Source: an uncultured Acidimicrobiales bacterium (lineage in GTDB: Bacteria > Actinomycetota > Acidimicrobiia > Acidimicrobiales > Aldehydirespiratoraceae). Taken from it: 64,000 nucleotides of DNA. A program made the position numbers and the translations under genes. The notes under the pieces are model-generated. The model had not been told where the DNA came from. It saw nothing but the letters and a program-made list of their open reading frames with translations, and made no database searches. How positions within the stretch are numbered: the stretch's first letter is position 1; the number at the start of each line of letters is the position of its first letter. Shown here piece by piece: positions 7,933 to 17,307 of the stretch. The DNA is taken from positions 99,572 to 163,571 of the forward strand of contig CATOTC010000005.1 of NCBI GenBank assembly GCA_951812975.1, in the 5' to 3' direction.

Positions 7933-8880
7933 CGTCCTTTCAACCCTCGGGCTCTCAGGGTGGTTCCCTTGACGGTCGGGTGAGTCAAGCAGCGATTCAA
8001 GAGCTTCAGGTTTCGACACCGGCCTCGCCCCCTGCTCTTGGAGAGGTGCGTTGCCCGGTCCTTCACCGGGGCCCCGCCAAACCGCGACCGGTCCATAGCC
8101 ATACTTGAGCGCCTCGGAAGCACCAGACCATGTGCCGCCCCTGCCGTCGTCACTCGCAATGACAAGTGTCAACGCTGCTTGCGCGTAGATCAGCTTGTTC
8201 CGGCCCATGGCGTTCCCCGCGCTGAACGGAGCGCTCGGAGAGTAGGGAGTGCACATGACGGTGTTCCCATCGTGGACGGCTCTGCGAACTTCGGGGCGTT
8301 TGAGTTTGCGCAGCAGCGAATCGGCCAGGATCCCGATGACGGCTCCCCCAGTCTCGTAAGCGGCGTCCATGGCGAGTTGGTCGACCCCCCGCGCTCCCCC
8401 CGACACAAGCGGCAAGCCTCGTCGTGCAGCGGTACGCGCTACGTCCCTGGCGATGTCTCCGCCAGCTTGGGACACGTCACGGCTGCCGACCACGCCCAGA
8501 CCGGGCGAATCAAGCAACTCAATGGCGCCTGCGGCATGCATCAGAGGCGGAGCCTTGGTACCTAACCGAAGCAGCCACTCACGGGGATAGTGCTCGTCGA
8601 ACGCAGTCACCGACTTGATACCCGATTGCTCCAATCGTTCCAGTTCGAACGCCAACGCCGTTGCGCGCCCAACGAGCTCCGAGACCCGTACAGCGGATTC
8701 CTCGTCCAGGTCGTAGTCACGCGTCAACTGGTCCAGGTCCAGGTTCAGAAACACTCCCGGTCCACTACTGGTTCGCTCCATCAGACTCCAGAACTCAGCA
8801 GCCTTGAGCGGTCGCACTCCGTCGGCGCAGAGTCGACTCACCAGAAGGATCGTTGCCAACGAGTCGTCGTCGCGTCTCAT
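7888..8880 (-). CDS. DprA/Smf-family (SLOG/Rossmann-like) protein, divergent
   Basis: Contains GVVGSRDVSQAGGDIARDVARTAARRGLPLVSGGARGVDQLAMDAA...GILADSL...GRNKLIYAQA, matching the DprA core. The ATG at 8880-8878 overlaps the stop of the recQ fragment by 1 nt (TGATG). The ORF track extends to a TTG at 8928. Confidence 0.7.
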   Translation of the reverse strand: MRRDDDSLATILLVSRLCADGVRPLKAAEFWSLMERTSSGPGVFLNLDLDQLTRDYDLDEESAVRVSELVGRATALAFELERLEQSGIKSVTAFDEHYPREWLLRLGTKAPPLMHAAGAIELLDSPGLGVVGSRDVSQAGGDIARDVARTAARRGLPLVSGGARGVDQLAMDAAYETGGAVIGILADSLLRKLKRPEVRRAVHDGNTVMCTPYSPSAPFSAGNAMGRNKLIYAQAALTLVIASDDGRGGTWSGASEALKYGYGPVAVWRGPGEGPGNAPLQEQGARPVSKPEALESLLDSPDRQGNHPESPRVERTIETTTQPSLFSGVG

Positions 8881-9464
8881 CAGGTAGACCTCCCCGCCGT
8901 GTCCGCAAGCGCAAACGGAAAGACGCAACCAACCCCGGCCTCACGGAGGCTCGCCCCGATCACCAACAATCCGCTACGCTGCCCGACCACTGGAAGAACT
9001 TCCCTCTGGAACTCAGGATTTGCCAACCGTTCGGGCGAAATCAACAGGACGTCCACCTCGTTGGACTCGATCCTGTCCTTGACATCGTCCCATTCGGCCT
9101 TGTTGGAACTGTTGATGGTTTCGGCGCGAACCCCAAGTCTCCCAGCCGCTTCAATCTGGTTGCGCATCAGCGCGAGCAGTGGCGATACCAGCAGCGTCGG
9201 ACCAAACCTCCGATCCCGCAACATCCGTGTCGCAATGAAATAGACGGCGCTCTTGCCCCAGCCGGTCCGTTGAACCAGAAGCACTCGCTCCCGTTCAGCG
9301 GCTAGGCGCAGAATCGTCTCACGTTGTCCTGTACGAAACTCGCTCGACTGATCACCAGTAAGGCGCCGCAACAGATTTAGTGCCTCAGCATCAAGCGATG
9401 GGGACCCGGTTGTTCCGATATCAGACGGGCGATGAATGTCTCTGGGGCTTTCCATCGTGGTCAA
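8880..9464 (-). pseudogene. RecQ-family helicase, N-terminal fragment only (motifs I/Ia present, DEAH box and everything downstream absent)
   Basis: LLVQRTGWGKSAVYFIA (Walker A), TLLVSPLLALMRNQ and VDVLLISPERL are RecQ-like. After SGLLVI (about nt 8958), where RecQ proteins have DEAHC, the sequence becomes unrelated (GASLREAGVG...) and stops 25 codons later. Confidence 0.65.
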
Positions 9465-9513
9465 CGTACCGGACCGCTGTGACAGCGGAGTGGTCCTTGA
9501 CGTCTCGCGACAG

Positions 9514-10476
9514 CTAGCCCCTGCGGCGGCGGACCTCGGCGGTTATGGCGGGGATCACCTCGTGGAGATCAGCGATCACTGCCCAATCGGCCTTGACGAC
9601 CATGTTGGCTTCACGGTCGGTGTTTATCGCCAGGATGTGCTTGCTGGCCATCGCCCCGACCCAGTGCTGGATCGCGCCCGAGATTCCCGAAGCGATATAG
9701 ATCTCCGGGGCGATACGGGTGCCGGTCTGACCAACCTGATCCGAATGCGGACGCCAGCCGAGGTTGGTCACCGCCCTCGAGCATCCGACCCGGCCCCCGA
9801 GCAGTTCGGCCAGTTCCTCAAGTTGTGCGAACCCCTCTTCCGAACCGACCCCACGGCCACCTCCGCAAACCACTGGGGCAGTGGGCAGAGTCACGCCCGC
9901 CTCCTGAACTGTGCGGTCCTTGACGATCGTCACGCGGTGGCTGTCGTCGAGGTCGGCCTCAAACGTCTCCACGTCAGCGTCAACAGAACCGCCGGGCTCG
10001 GAAGCCACGGCGTGGAGCCCGCAGGTGAGCAGCGCAACGTCGGCGTCCAGACTGGAGTCTTCGAGCAGGGAGCCGCCCCACTGCACCCGGGTCATCGTCC
10101 ACGAATCTGGAGTGACATCAATACAGTTGGCAACGAACGGGGCGTCGAGTCGCGCCGCTGCCTGCGCCATCACTTCGTTGCCTCGATCCGACCCGCAGGC
10201 GAGCACCGCGGAGGGTTCAAGTTCGGTGACCATCTGGGCGAGGGTTGCCCCGTAAGCATCGGGGCCGTAGTCGCTCAACACGTCATGGACGCAGGTGTGC
10301 ACCACCTCCGCGCCGTACCGGCCGGCCTCGTCGACCAGTTCCTCGTCGTCGGAGCCGATGAGGGCGGCTTCGAGGTCCTCGTCCATCTTCTCGGCCAGGG
10401 CTCGGCCGAAGGTGAGGGCTTCACGGGCGGCTTCGGCGAGTACTCCCCGATCATGTTCGAGCGCCACCAGAAGCAT
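9514..10476 (-). CDS. etfA: Electron transfer flavoprotein subunit alpha
   Basis: 320 aa. The C-terminal FAD-binding block is PEIYIASGISGAIQHWVGAMASKHILAINTD. The start overlaps the etfB stop by 1 nt. Confidence 0.93.
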   Translation of the reverse strand: MLLVALEHDRGVLAEAAREALTFGRALAEKMDEDLEAALIGSDDEELVDEAGRYGAEVVHTCVHDVLSDYGPDAYGATLAQMVTELEPSAVLACGSDRGNEVMAQAAARLDAPFVANCIDVTPDSWTMTRVQWGGSLLEDSSLDADVALLTCGLHAVASEPGGSVDADVETFEADLDDSHRVTIVKDRTVQEAGVTLPTAPVVCGGGRGVGSEEGFAQLEELAELLGGRVGCSRAVTNLGWRPHSDQVGQTGTRIAPEIYIASGISGAIQHWVGAMASKHILAINTDREANMVVKADWAVIADLHEVIPAITAEVRRRRG

Positions 10477-11258
10477 CAGAGGACCCCCAACTCTTCGAGC
10501 ACGTCAACGACTGCGGCGGCAGCTTCAGGACCCTCGCCGAGGATGACGGTCTCAGACACCTGCTCGGCGGGCCGGTGCAGGCGGATCCGGCGCTGGCCAC
10601 CTGGGGTGGTGTCGAGGTCGAGTGAGCGGATCTCGAGCTTCTTGGACCTGAGGCGACCCTTCATGGTCGGGTAACGGGGCAGGTTGAGCCCCTCCTTCAC
10701 GCCGAGTGCACATGGCCGCGGGAGTTCGTAGACCTCGAAGCCGCCGTCGATGGCCCGACGTGCCGTAACCGTTCCGGCACCGCTGCCGTCGCCGGAAACT
10801 TCGATTCCCTTGATGCCGTTGACTATGGGTCGGCCCAGCCCGTGGGCCACCCGGATTCCAACCTGGAACCCCCCGGAGTCCGCCGATTCATTGCCGAACA
10901 GGATGAGGTCGAAGGGCTCTCCGTTCTCTTCCTCGAGTACCTCGATCGCTTCTCGGATCACCGCGGCGGTCCGCTGCGGGTCCCAACCCACCTCATCGGT
11001 GGAGACCAGAACCCCGTGGTCCGCGCCGACCGAGGCGGCATAGCGGAGTTGCTCCGCGGCTTGGGGAGGGCCGACGGTGAGGACCGTGACCTCGCCGCCG
11101 TGCGCTTCACAGAGTTGGACAGCACCTTCGACGCCGCACTCCTCGTGGGGGCTGGTGGTGAAACCCAGATGGGCTGCATCAACATCGGAGCCGTCTGCGG
11201 TGACGTTGATCTTGGCCCCGGGGGCCGGCACCCTCTTCACACAGCAGAGAATCTTCAT
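10476..11258 (-). CDS. etfB: Electron transfer flavoprotein subunit beta
   Basis: MKILCCVKRVPAPGAKINV... is a typical EtfB N-terminus. The start was chosen at the internal ATG 11258-11256, not the track start 11330. Confidence 0.9.
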   Translation of the reverse strand: MKILCCVKRVPAPGAKINVTADGSDVDAAHLGFTTSPHEECGVEGAVQLCEAHGGEVTVLTVGPPQAAEQLRYAASVGADHGVLVSTDEVGWDPQRTAAVIREAIEVLEEENGEPFDLILFGNESADSGGFQVGIRVAHGLGRPIVNGIKGIEVSGDGSGAGTVTARRAIDGGFEVYELPRPCALGVKEGLNLPRYPTMKGRLRSKKLEIRSLDLDTTPGGQRRIRLHRPAEQVSETVILGEGPEAAAAVVDVLEELGVL

Positions 11259-11277
11259 GGCCCGCCCAGCACCCCCG

Positions 11278-13824
11278 TCAGCTCTTGAGACGTGTGTCGT
11301 CGGGGTCGAAGGCGGAACCTGGACCCACAACTGTCACTGGGAACAGTTCGTTCATGTACATGACCTGTAGCTCGGTCCCCGCTGTGGCCATCTCGGTCGG
11401 CAGGTACCCCATGAGCAGGTGCTTGCCAACGGACGGTCCGTATCCTGCCGAGGTCACACGCGAGACCCGGCCGTGGGAGTCGACGATGCGCTCGCCGTTG
11501 AGGTCGAGGATGGGTTCGTTGCCCCCCATCATGTGACGGGTGCGTCCGGCGCTGTCGGTCTGGTCCTCGACGGTCAAGGTCACGCACTGGACCTCAGGGC
11601 TGGTTTCGCGGGCCTTGAGGTAGGGCTCCTTGCCTATGAAATCGGCGGCTTTGACTCTGGGGCGGGCCAGTCCCGCCTCCAGCGGGTTGTATTCGCTCTC
11701 GAGTTCAGCTCCCATCAAGCGATAACCCTTCTCGAGCCGGCCCGAGGTGCCGTAGACACCACCACCGGTCGGTCGGATACCGAGTTCCTGTCCTGCCGCG
11801 AAGAGGGCGTCCCACAGTGCCGGCCCGTTGCTCCAGTCTGTGTAGATCTCCCATCCGGTGTCACCCACATAGGAGATGCGGAACAGGTGGGCCTGGACCG
11901 TCCGGTTGTCCCCGCCCGCAGCGCAGTTGATCTCGATCGGGATGATCGAACCGTATGGCGAACCGGCTTGGCTCAGGTCGTGGCCACAGACCTGCGCCAG
12001 TACCTGGGGGGCGTTGGGGCCCCACAGGCCCAGGGTGGTGATCTCAGTAGTCAGGTTTGTGAAGGTCACCGAACCGTCGTTGGGCATGTGTTTGCGGGTC
12101 CAGAACTCGTCGCGTCCACCGTCGAACACGCCCGTCACGATCCTGACCCGGTCCTCGGCCATGCGCATCATGGTCAGGTCGGAGTGGAAGCCTCCGTCCG
12201 CATTGAGCCATGGCGTGTAGATCGACCGGCCCACGGCGACATCGATCTTGTTGACGGCGAGCCGATCCGCGAACTCAACGGCTCCCGGACCCTCCAGTTC
12301 GTAGATCTGGAACGCCGACAGGTCCACCACGCCGCAGTTGGAGCGCAGGTTCAGGTGCTCACCGATGGTTGTCGGGCTCCACCAGCGGTTGTCCCACTCG
12401 ACCCCCCTTGGGCTGAGGTTGTAACGTTCGCAGAGGTCGGCGTTGGAGTTGTACCACTGCGGCCGTTCCCAGACACGGGCTTGGAAGAACTCGGCTTCGA
12501 GCGCCTCCTGGCGGGAACGGTACGGCGATTCGACGAGATGTCGGCGGGACTCCCACTGCTCGGCGGGGTGGACGATGCCGTAGGTCTTGTTGAAGTGTTC
12601 GTCGGCCCGGGCCCAGATGTGTTCGTCGCTCTTCTCCTCGTCGTAGAAGCGGGCGATGTCGGCACCGTGGGCATCGATCACCCGGGGGTAGCCGTATGTC
12701 ATCCACTCCGCGACTACCTGGGCCATTCCGGGGCCTTCCTTGACCCACACGGCCGCTGCCGACCAGAGGCCTTCCACATCGGGGATCTCTCCGAGGCAGG
12801 GCATGGTGTCGGGTGTCAGCGACAGCAGCCCGTTGATGGCGTACTTGATCTCTGCGTCGCCGAGCATGTCCATCAGCTCGATCGCTTCTTCCATCTGCTG
12901 GTCGAAGTCGTCGGGGGTGAAGGGCATCTCGGTCGGCGACAGCGCGGCCTCCTCGTTGGAGGGGATCTCGTCGGGATGGTGCAGGATCGGCCGGTGGCCG
13001 TAGGAGCCGACCTCCATCGAACCCGCCGACTGCCGTTCGTAACAGAAGGTGTCCATGTCGCGCACGATCGGGTAGCCGATCTCGTTGTTGGTCTCGGCGA
13101 GGATGTCTATCGGCCCGACGTCGGCCATCTGGTGCACGGCGGGGACGAGCGGGATATAGGTGTCGGCCATGGCGGCGATGCGGTTGGACCACACTCCGCA
13201 GGCGACGATCACGTATTGCGTCTCGATGGTGCCCTTGTCGGTGACCACTGCTTTGATCTTGCGACGGCTGTTGGGCCGGGGCGTGTCGTCGGTGATGAGA
13301 TCGAGCACTTCGGTGTTGGCGAAGACCTTGCAACCGGCTTTCTCGATGCCTTCCTTTCGCATGACGGTGCCGGTCTCAAGCGAGTCGACCACTGAGACCG
13401 TCGGGCAGTAGAACCCTCCGAGGATGACCTCGGTGTTGATGTAGGGCACGAGTTCCTTCACCTGCGCGGGGGTGAGAAGGTGGGCTTCGATTCCCCATGC
13501 CTTGGCTGAGGTCATGCGCCGCTCCAGTTCGTCCATGCGCTCGGAGGTGCGGGCTACTTCGATTCCTCCGGAGTCCACCGAGAGGTTCATGTCGCGGTAC
13601 TGGTTGGCGCTTTGCTCCCCGAGCAGCGCCATTTCCTTGTTGTGGTCGACGGGGAATATGAAGTTGGATGCGTGTCCGGTTGATCCGCCCGGGTTGGGGA
13701 GCGGTCCCTTCTCGACGAGGACGAGGTCCTGCCAGCCGAGTCGGGCGAGGTGTCCGACGAGACAGTTGCCGACGATGCCTGCGCCGATCACTACGACGTT
13801 GGCTCTGGTGGGGAATTCGCTCAC
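11278..13824 (-). CDS. Dimethylglycine/sarcosine dehydrogenase-family protein (FAD oxidoreductase domain + GcvT-like THF-binding domain)
   Basis: 848 aa. N-terminal dinucleotide fold (VVVIGAGIVGNCLVGHL), GSTGHASNF, and a C-terminal aminomethyltransferase-like region. It lies 19 nt upstream of etfB on the same strand. Confidence 0.85.
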   Translation of the reverse strand: MSEFPTRANVVVIGAGIVGNCLVGHLARLGWQDLVLVEKGPLPNPGGSTGHASNFIFPVDHNKEMALLGEQSANQYRDMNLSVDSGGIEVARTSERMDELERRMTSAKAWGIEAHLLTPAQVKELVPYINTEVILGGFYCPTVSVVDSLETGTVMRKEGIEKAGCKVFANTEVLDLITDDTPRPNSRRKIKAVVTDKGTIETQYVIVACGVWSNRIAAMADTYIPLVPAVHQMADVGPIDILAETNNEIGYPIVRDMDTFCYERQSAGSMEVGSYGHRPILHHPDEIPSNEEAALSPTEMPFTPDDFDQQMEEAIELMDMLGDAEIKYAINGLLSLTPDTMPCLGEIPDVEGLWSAAAVWVKEGPGMAQVVAEWMTYGYPRVIDAHGADIARFYDEEKSDEHIWARADEHFNKTYGIVHPAEQWESRRHLVESPYRSRQEALEAEFFQARVWERPQWYNSNADLCERYNLSPRGVEWDNRWWSPTTIGEHLNLRSNCGVVDLSAFQIYELEGPGAVEFADRLAVNKIDVAVGRSIYTPWLNADGGFHSDLTMMRMAEDRVRIVTGVFDGGRDEFWTRKHMPNDGSVTFTNLTTEITTLGLWGPNAPQVLAQVCGHDLSQAGSPYGSIIPIEINCAAGGDNRTVQAHLFRISYVGDTGWEIYTDWSNGPALWDALFAAGQELGIRPTGGGVYGTSGRLEKGYRLMGAELESEYNPLEAGLARPRVKAADFIGKEPYLKARETSPEVQCVTLTVEDQTDSAGRTRHMMGGNEPILDLNGERIVDSHGRVSRVTSAGYGPSVGKHLLMGYLPTEMATAGTELQVMYMNELFPVTVVGPGSAFDPDDTRLKS

Positions 13825-14025
13825 GGTTGGACTCTATTCTGAAGTCGATTGTCGTGCCGGTGGTACCGCTCAGGTCGCTGCGCGTGCGTTGCGGTACAAC
13901 CCGCAGAGACAATACTGGACGATCGTTCAGTTTGCACGCGATCCCGGGTTCCAAGGCTCGCTTTTCTCAGCGAGTTCACGCGCCGAGGAGCTACTGTGCG
14001 CCCAATACAGTCCCAAGGAAGCACC

Positions 14026-15264
14026 GTGAGTGACACTGCCTTCAGCACCTCGGCCAGGCATCGTTCATACCGTAGCGGTCGGTGTCGCCACGGGTCGAAG
14101 ACCCGCCTCGCCGTCTTGATCGCCGCACTGCTCCTTGCAGCCGCGGCATGCGCCGGCGACAACACCGATTCGGCACCGACGACCACGTCCAACACGATCG
14201 AAGCGCTCGCGCCCGCGACCAGCACAACGCCCACAACAGCGGTGCCCACAACCACAGAAGCGTCAGCGGGCGACTCGCCGACTACAACCGAAGCGCCAAC
14301 CACTACGACTGACTCGCCTGCAACGGACACGACTGACGTCGAGGTGGCCACCATCAATGTGCTCCACGGTTTCCAACCACCGGTCTCGGGATGTGCCCAG
14401 TACACCGACAACTGTCTGGCCCCAGTTCGGGTCGACATCCTCTGGCAGTACCTTGCCGAGGAGGTCGGGTGCCCGGAGATCGTCGCTCTTCAAGAGATAA
14501 GTCCCCGATGGTTCGAGATCATCCCGGAGAAGCTGCCCGCGCTGTGCGGAGGTGACCATGTGCTGCTGACCGAGAATGTCGGACAGATCGATCAGGAAAT
14601 GATCCTCACTACCCTCCCGGTGATCGACCACGCCCGTACCGAACTTGCCGGTGCGCCGATCTGGTCGGCCCACTGGGCTCAACTCGATGCCGGCGGCGGT
14701 CTGATCGTGGACGTGTTCGCGACCCACTATGCGAGCTCGGCGTTCAATCCGCCCTGCGACAATTCACACCCGGTGACGAGTTGTCCGTCCTATTGCCCTG
14801 CAGACGGAGATCTCGGTTCCTGCCACCCGTTCCAAACACTTGATTTTCTGGCCGACCGGGCCGCTGCGGGGAGCCTCGTCCTCGTCGTGGGTGATCTGAA
14901 CAAGCAGATCGGCGACCCTCGCATTCAGACCCTGCTGGACAGCGGCTTCATCGACACTCACCTCGCGGCCAACAACCCCGAATGCCCACCGCAGGGCGGT
15001 ACCAACTGCACCGCTGGGATCGGCGGTCCGGGCGACCTCCACGGTCTCGACATCGCAGAACAGACGCTTCGTTCCCGGATCGACTTCATCTTGGCCGCTC
15101 CCCCGGCCGGGTGCGCGCTCCTAGTCGATGTCGGCGACGCCGACGAAGACGGCACCCATACAGGGCTATGGGCCGACAAACCCCTCGACGAACCAGTCGA
15201 GGGCCTTTACTGGGCCTCGGACCACACCGGAGTTCAAGCCGATATCGGGCTCGATTGCGAGTAG
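14026..15264 (+). CDS. Secreted/lipoprotein endonuclease-exonuclease-phosphatase (EEP) family protein
   Basis: The GTG at 14026 is preceded by AAGGAAG. Signal plus lipobox-like LLLAAAAC, a Thr/Pro-rich linker, then EEP motifs (VATINVLHG, VALQEIS, SDHTGVQADI). Confidence 0.75.
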   Translation: MSDTAFSTSARHRSYRSGRCRHGSKTRLAVLIAALLLAAAACAGDNTDSAPTTTSNTIEALAPATSTTPTTAVPTTTEASAGDSPTTTEAPTTTTDSPATDTTDVEVATINVLHGFQPPVSGCAQYTDNCLAPVRVDILWQYLAEEVGCPEIVALQEISPRWFEIIPEKLPALCGGDHVLLTENVGQIDQEMILTTLPVIDHARTELAGAPIWSAHWAQLDAGGGLIVDVFATHYASSAFNPPCDNSHPVTSCPSYCPADGDLGSCHPFQTLDFLADRAAAGSLVLVVGDLNKQIGDPRIQTLLDSGFIDTHLAANNPECPPQGGTNCTAGIGGPGDLHGLDIAEQTLRSRIDFILAAPPAGCALLVDVGDADEDGTHTGLWADKPLDEPVEGLYWASDHTGVQADIGLDCE

Positions 15265-15331
15265 GAGCCCCTCAGCGGCGTTGCAACCAACCGACTCACT
15301 ACCGGCACCGCTCCCCGGCTGACGTCGTGGA

Positions 15332-15348
15332 CTCGGCCCCGAGCCGAG
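15332..15348 (+). terminator. Hairpin CTCGGC-N5-GCCGAG followed by CCTCTTTC
   Basis: A 6-bp GC-rich stem downstream of the EEP gene stop in a convergent intergenic region. Confidence 0.35.
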
Positions 15349-15354
15349 CCTCTT

Positions 15355-16200
15355 TCAACGCGTGGGGGTCAATCGGCCCATGCGGCCTGACTCGTCGTCG
15401 TCGAATGCTGTGGCGATCTCTTCGGGGGTGTTCATCACGAAGCCTCCGCCCATGGCAACCGGTTCGCCGATCGGTTCACCGCACATCACGAGGACCTGGC
15501 CCCCCGACTCACTAGTGATTGTGATGGTCGAGCCGTCGTCGTTGAACACCGGGGTGTCGCCTCCCTCCAGGGCACGGCCATTACTCGCCACCATGCCGGC
15601 GACCACGGTGAACGCGGCCGCCCATCCGGCCGGAACGGGGACGGTCACGCGGCCGCCCACAGCGACGGCCACATGGGCCACAAGGACTCGGGTCGGCATT
15701 GGAGCCGGGCTGGACCGGCCTTCCAGGTCCCCGGCATAGAGGCGGACGACCGAGCCTTGGCCAAGTGACGTGAGTTCGGGAATGTCCTCGGCCGCGACTG
15801 CGTGGTGCTCCGGCGGGTCCATCTTGAGCTTGGCGGGTACGTTGATCCAGAGCTGGGCCATGTGGAACACACCGTCGTCGTCGCCCTTGAGAACCTCTTC
15901 ATGCAGGGCCCCGGAGCCCGAGACGAGCCATTGCATCCCACCGGAGACGACGGTGCGTTCATTGCCGAGCGAGTCCCGGTGCTCTATCCGACCGGAGAAC
16001 AGCAGACTGACAGGCTGAACGCCCCGGTGAGCGTGAGGGCCGACGTAGATCTCGTCTGCCCCGAGGTTCCGAGGGGTGCCTGTGTCGAGGAACACGAACG
16101 GGTCGACGGCAGGCAGTTCGGGTGTGGGGAACGGATGCAGGATTCCTGATCCGGGTTGCGGTTTCGCGCCGGTTAGGGTCTTTATCGTTCGGTCAGTCAT
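15355..16200 (-). CDS. Pirin family protein
   Basis: Contains ILHPFP...DPFVFLD...GPHAHRGVQPVSLLFSGRIEHRDSLGN...MQWLVSGSGALHEE (bicupin pirin pattern). Start taken at ATG 16200 (MTDRTIK). Confidence 0.85.
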   Translation of the reverse strand: MTDRTIKTLTGAKPQPGSGILHPFPTPELPAVDPFVFLDTGTPRNLGADEIYVGPHAHRGVQPVSLLFSGRIEHRDSLGNERTVVSGGMQWLVSGSGALHEEVLKGDDDGVFHMAQLWINVPAKLKMDPPEHHAVAAEDIPELTSLGQGSVVRLYAGDLEGRSSPAPMPTRVLVAHVAVAVGGRVTVPVPAGWAAAFTVVAGMVASNGRALEGGDTPVFNDDGSTITITSESGGQVLVMCGEPIGEPVAMGGGFVMNTPEEIATAFDDDESGRMGRLTPTR

Positions 16201-16513
16201 TGCAGATTGCTCCTGTTTCGGTAGTGGGTTGTGTTTCGAATTCTGGGCACCAAGGAACCTGGCAGTCGTGGGTCCAGGTGCCTCGGCTGTCTGCTTTGTC
16301 ACCGGTCCGCTGTCTGCGGGGCAGAGCCGCGCTGAGAGCGAGACCGATGGCAGTTGGTACCAACAGCGCGGCGAAGGCATTGCTGAACGGCGCCCCCGAG
16401 CCGTTGTGTACCGGATTGACGACCCCGAAGAACAAGGCGGTGCAGACGACGACAAGGACTATGGGGTGACTCCGCTGATCTGTCTCAGCGCGAGAATCGA
16501 CGGGAACGCTCAC
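16193..16513 (-). CDS. Small hypothetical membrane protein (two predicted TM segments)
   Basis: 106-aa ORF whose stop overlaps the pirin start (ATGACTGA). It has two hydrophobic stretches (IVLVVVCTALFFGVV, LLVPTAIGLALSAAL) and no recognisable family. Confidence 0.35.
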   Translation of the reverse strand: MSVPVDSRAETDQRSHPIVLVVVCTALFFGVVNPVHNGSGAPFSNAFAALLVPTAIGLALSAALPRRQRTGDKADSRGTWTHDCQVPWCPEFETQPTTETGAICND

Positions 16514-16594
16514 CTTGGCGCAATTCCGACTCGAGGGCGCACTGTGGTTGACAGATCGCCCCAGACGAACCTCTCGAAAGACACGAAGACCGCT

Positions 16595-17212
16595 TCAGCC
16601 GTGCGGGACGCTCTTGGGGAGGTGTTCGTTCATGATTTCGACGAACCCGCTGATGTCATAGGACGCCAAGCGTCCGAGTTCGGCCATCACGGCTTCCCAA
16701 GTGACAGGGATCGCGCCGGCCTGGACGAGACGTTGCATGCCCCGTTCGTGGGCATCGGCCGTGGTGCCACCGGAGACGTCGGCCAGGGCGTAGATCTCAT
16801 AGCCTTCCAAGAGCATGTCGAGCGCTGGGTAGACGAGGCAGACTTCGGTCCAGAGTGCCGCCATGATGATCTTCTTGCGGTCCGTCGCTTCGATTGCGGA
16901 TCGGAACTCCGCTGAGTCCCAGGCGTCGACGGTGTTGCGGTCGATAGGGGTGACGTCGGACAGGATGTCCGACAGCTCGGGGATTGTTGGTTGCTGGTAG
17001 CCCGCGTCCACCCCGACTGTCGACAACACGACTGGGAGGTCGTACATCTTGGCGGCTTTGGCCATGGCCACGACGTTGTTGATCAAGACATCGTGCTCGA
17101 TCGAGTGGGTACCATCGACGAGGCCGGGTTGGTAGTCGATGAAGACCAGGACGGAGTTCTCGACAGTCAGGAGGTGGTCGGTCTGGGGGTTGCGGGAAAG
17201 TGCTGTCGTCAT
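16595..17212 (-). CDS. Isochorismatase-family (cysteine) hydrolase
   Basis: Contains VLVFIDYQPGL, AKMYDLPVVLST and ALWTEVCLVYPALD (catalytic Cys context). Start ATG 17212 is preceded by GGAG. Confidence 0.85.
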   Translation of the reverse strand: MTTALSRNPQTDHLLTVENSVLVFIDYQPGLVDGTHSIEHDVLINNVVAMAKAAKMYDLPVVLSTVGVDAGYQQPTIPELSDILSDVTPIDRNTVDAWDSAEFRSAIEATDRKKIIMAALWTEVCLVYPALDMLLEGYEIYALADVSGGTTADAHERGMQRLVQAGAIPVTWEAVMAELGRLASYDISGFVEIMNEHLPKSVPHG

Positions 17213-17236
17213 GATGACTCCTTCAGTTAAGTGTTC

Positions 17237-17286
17237 AAACAACTGTTGTTTACACAACGATATTACGTGTGTAGACAATAATTGTC
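17237..17286. promoter_or_regulatory. Two palindromes, AAACAAC-T-GTTGTTT (17237-17251) and GACAAT-A-ATTGTC (17274-17286), in the divergent isochorismatase/marR promoter region. Candidate MarR operators.
   Basis: Perfect 7-bp and 6-bp arms in a 95-nt AT-enriched divergent intergenic region next to a MarR-family gene. Confidence 0.5.
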
Positions 17287-17307
17287 AAGGGACCTATACT
17301 GTGACCC

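Noticed and set aside
8038-9305. Plus-strand ORFs 8038..8565, 8590..9243 and 8853..9305 in the accessory islet
   Set aside because: They are antisense to the DprA-like and recQ-fragment frames, which carry recognisable motifs. Their composition is shadow-like.
11419-13395. 658-aa plus-strand ORF antisense to the dimethylglycine-dehydrogenase-like gene
   Set aside because: Gly/Val/Asp/His-rich shadow frame with no motifs. The minus-strand frame carries clear FAD and GcvT-like motifs.
13825-14000. Glycine riboswitch upstream of the GcvT-domain dehydrogenase gene
   Set aside because: The minus-strand leader lacks the conserved glycine-riboswitch core as I remember it. Only generic hairpins are present (GGTACCGC...GCGGTAC, CTCGCT-N6-AGCGAG).
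13849-14025. Upstream extension of the EEP gene to the track start at 13849
   Set aside because: The extension is Arg/Cys-rich and overlaps the divergent promoter region. The GTG at 14026 has a good AAGGAAG ribosome-binding site and gives a proper signal peptide/lipobox.
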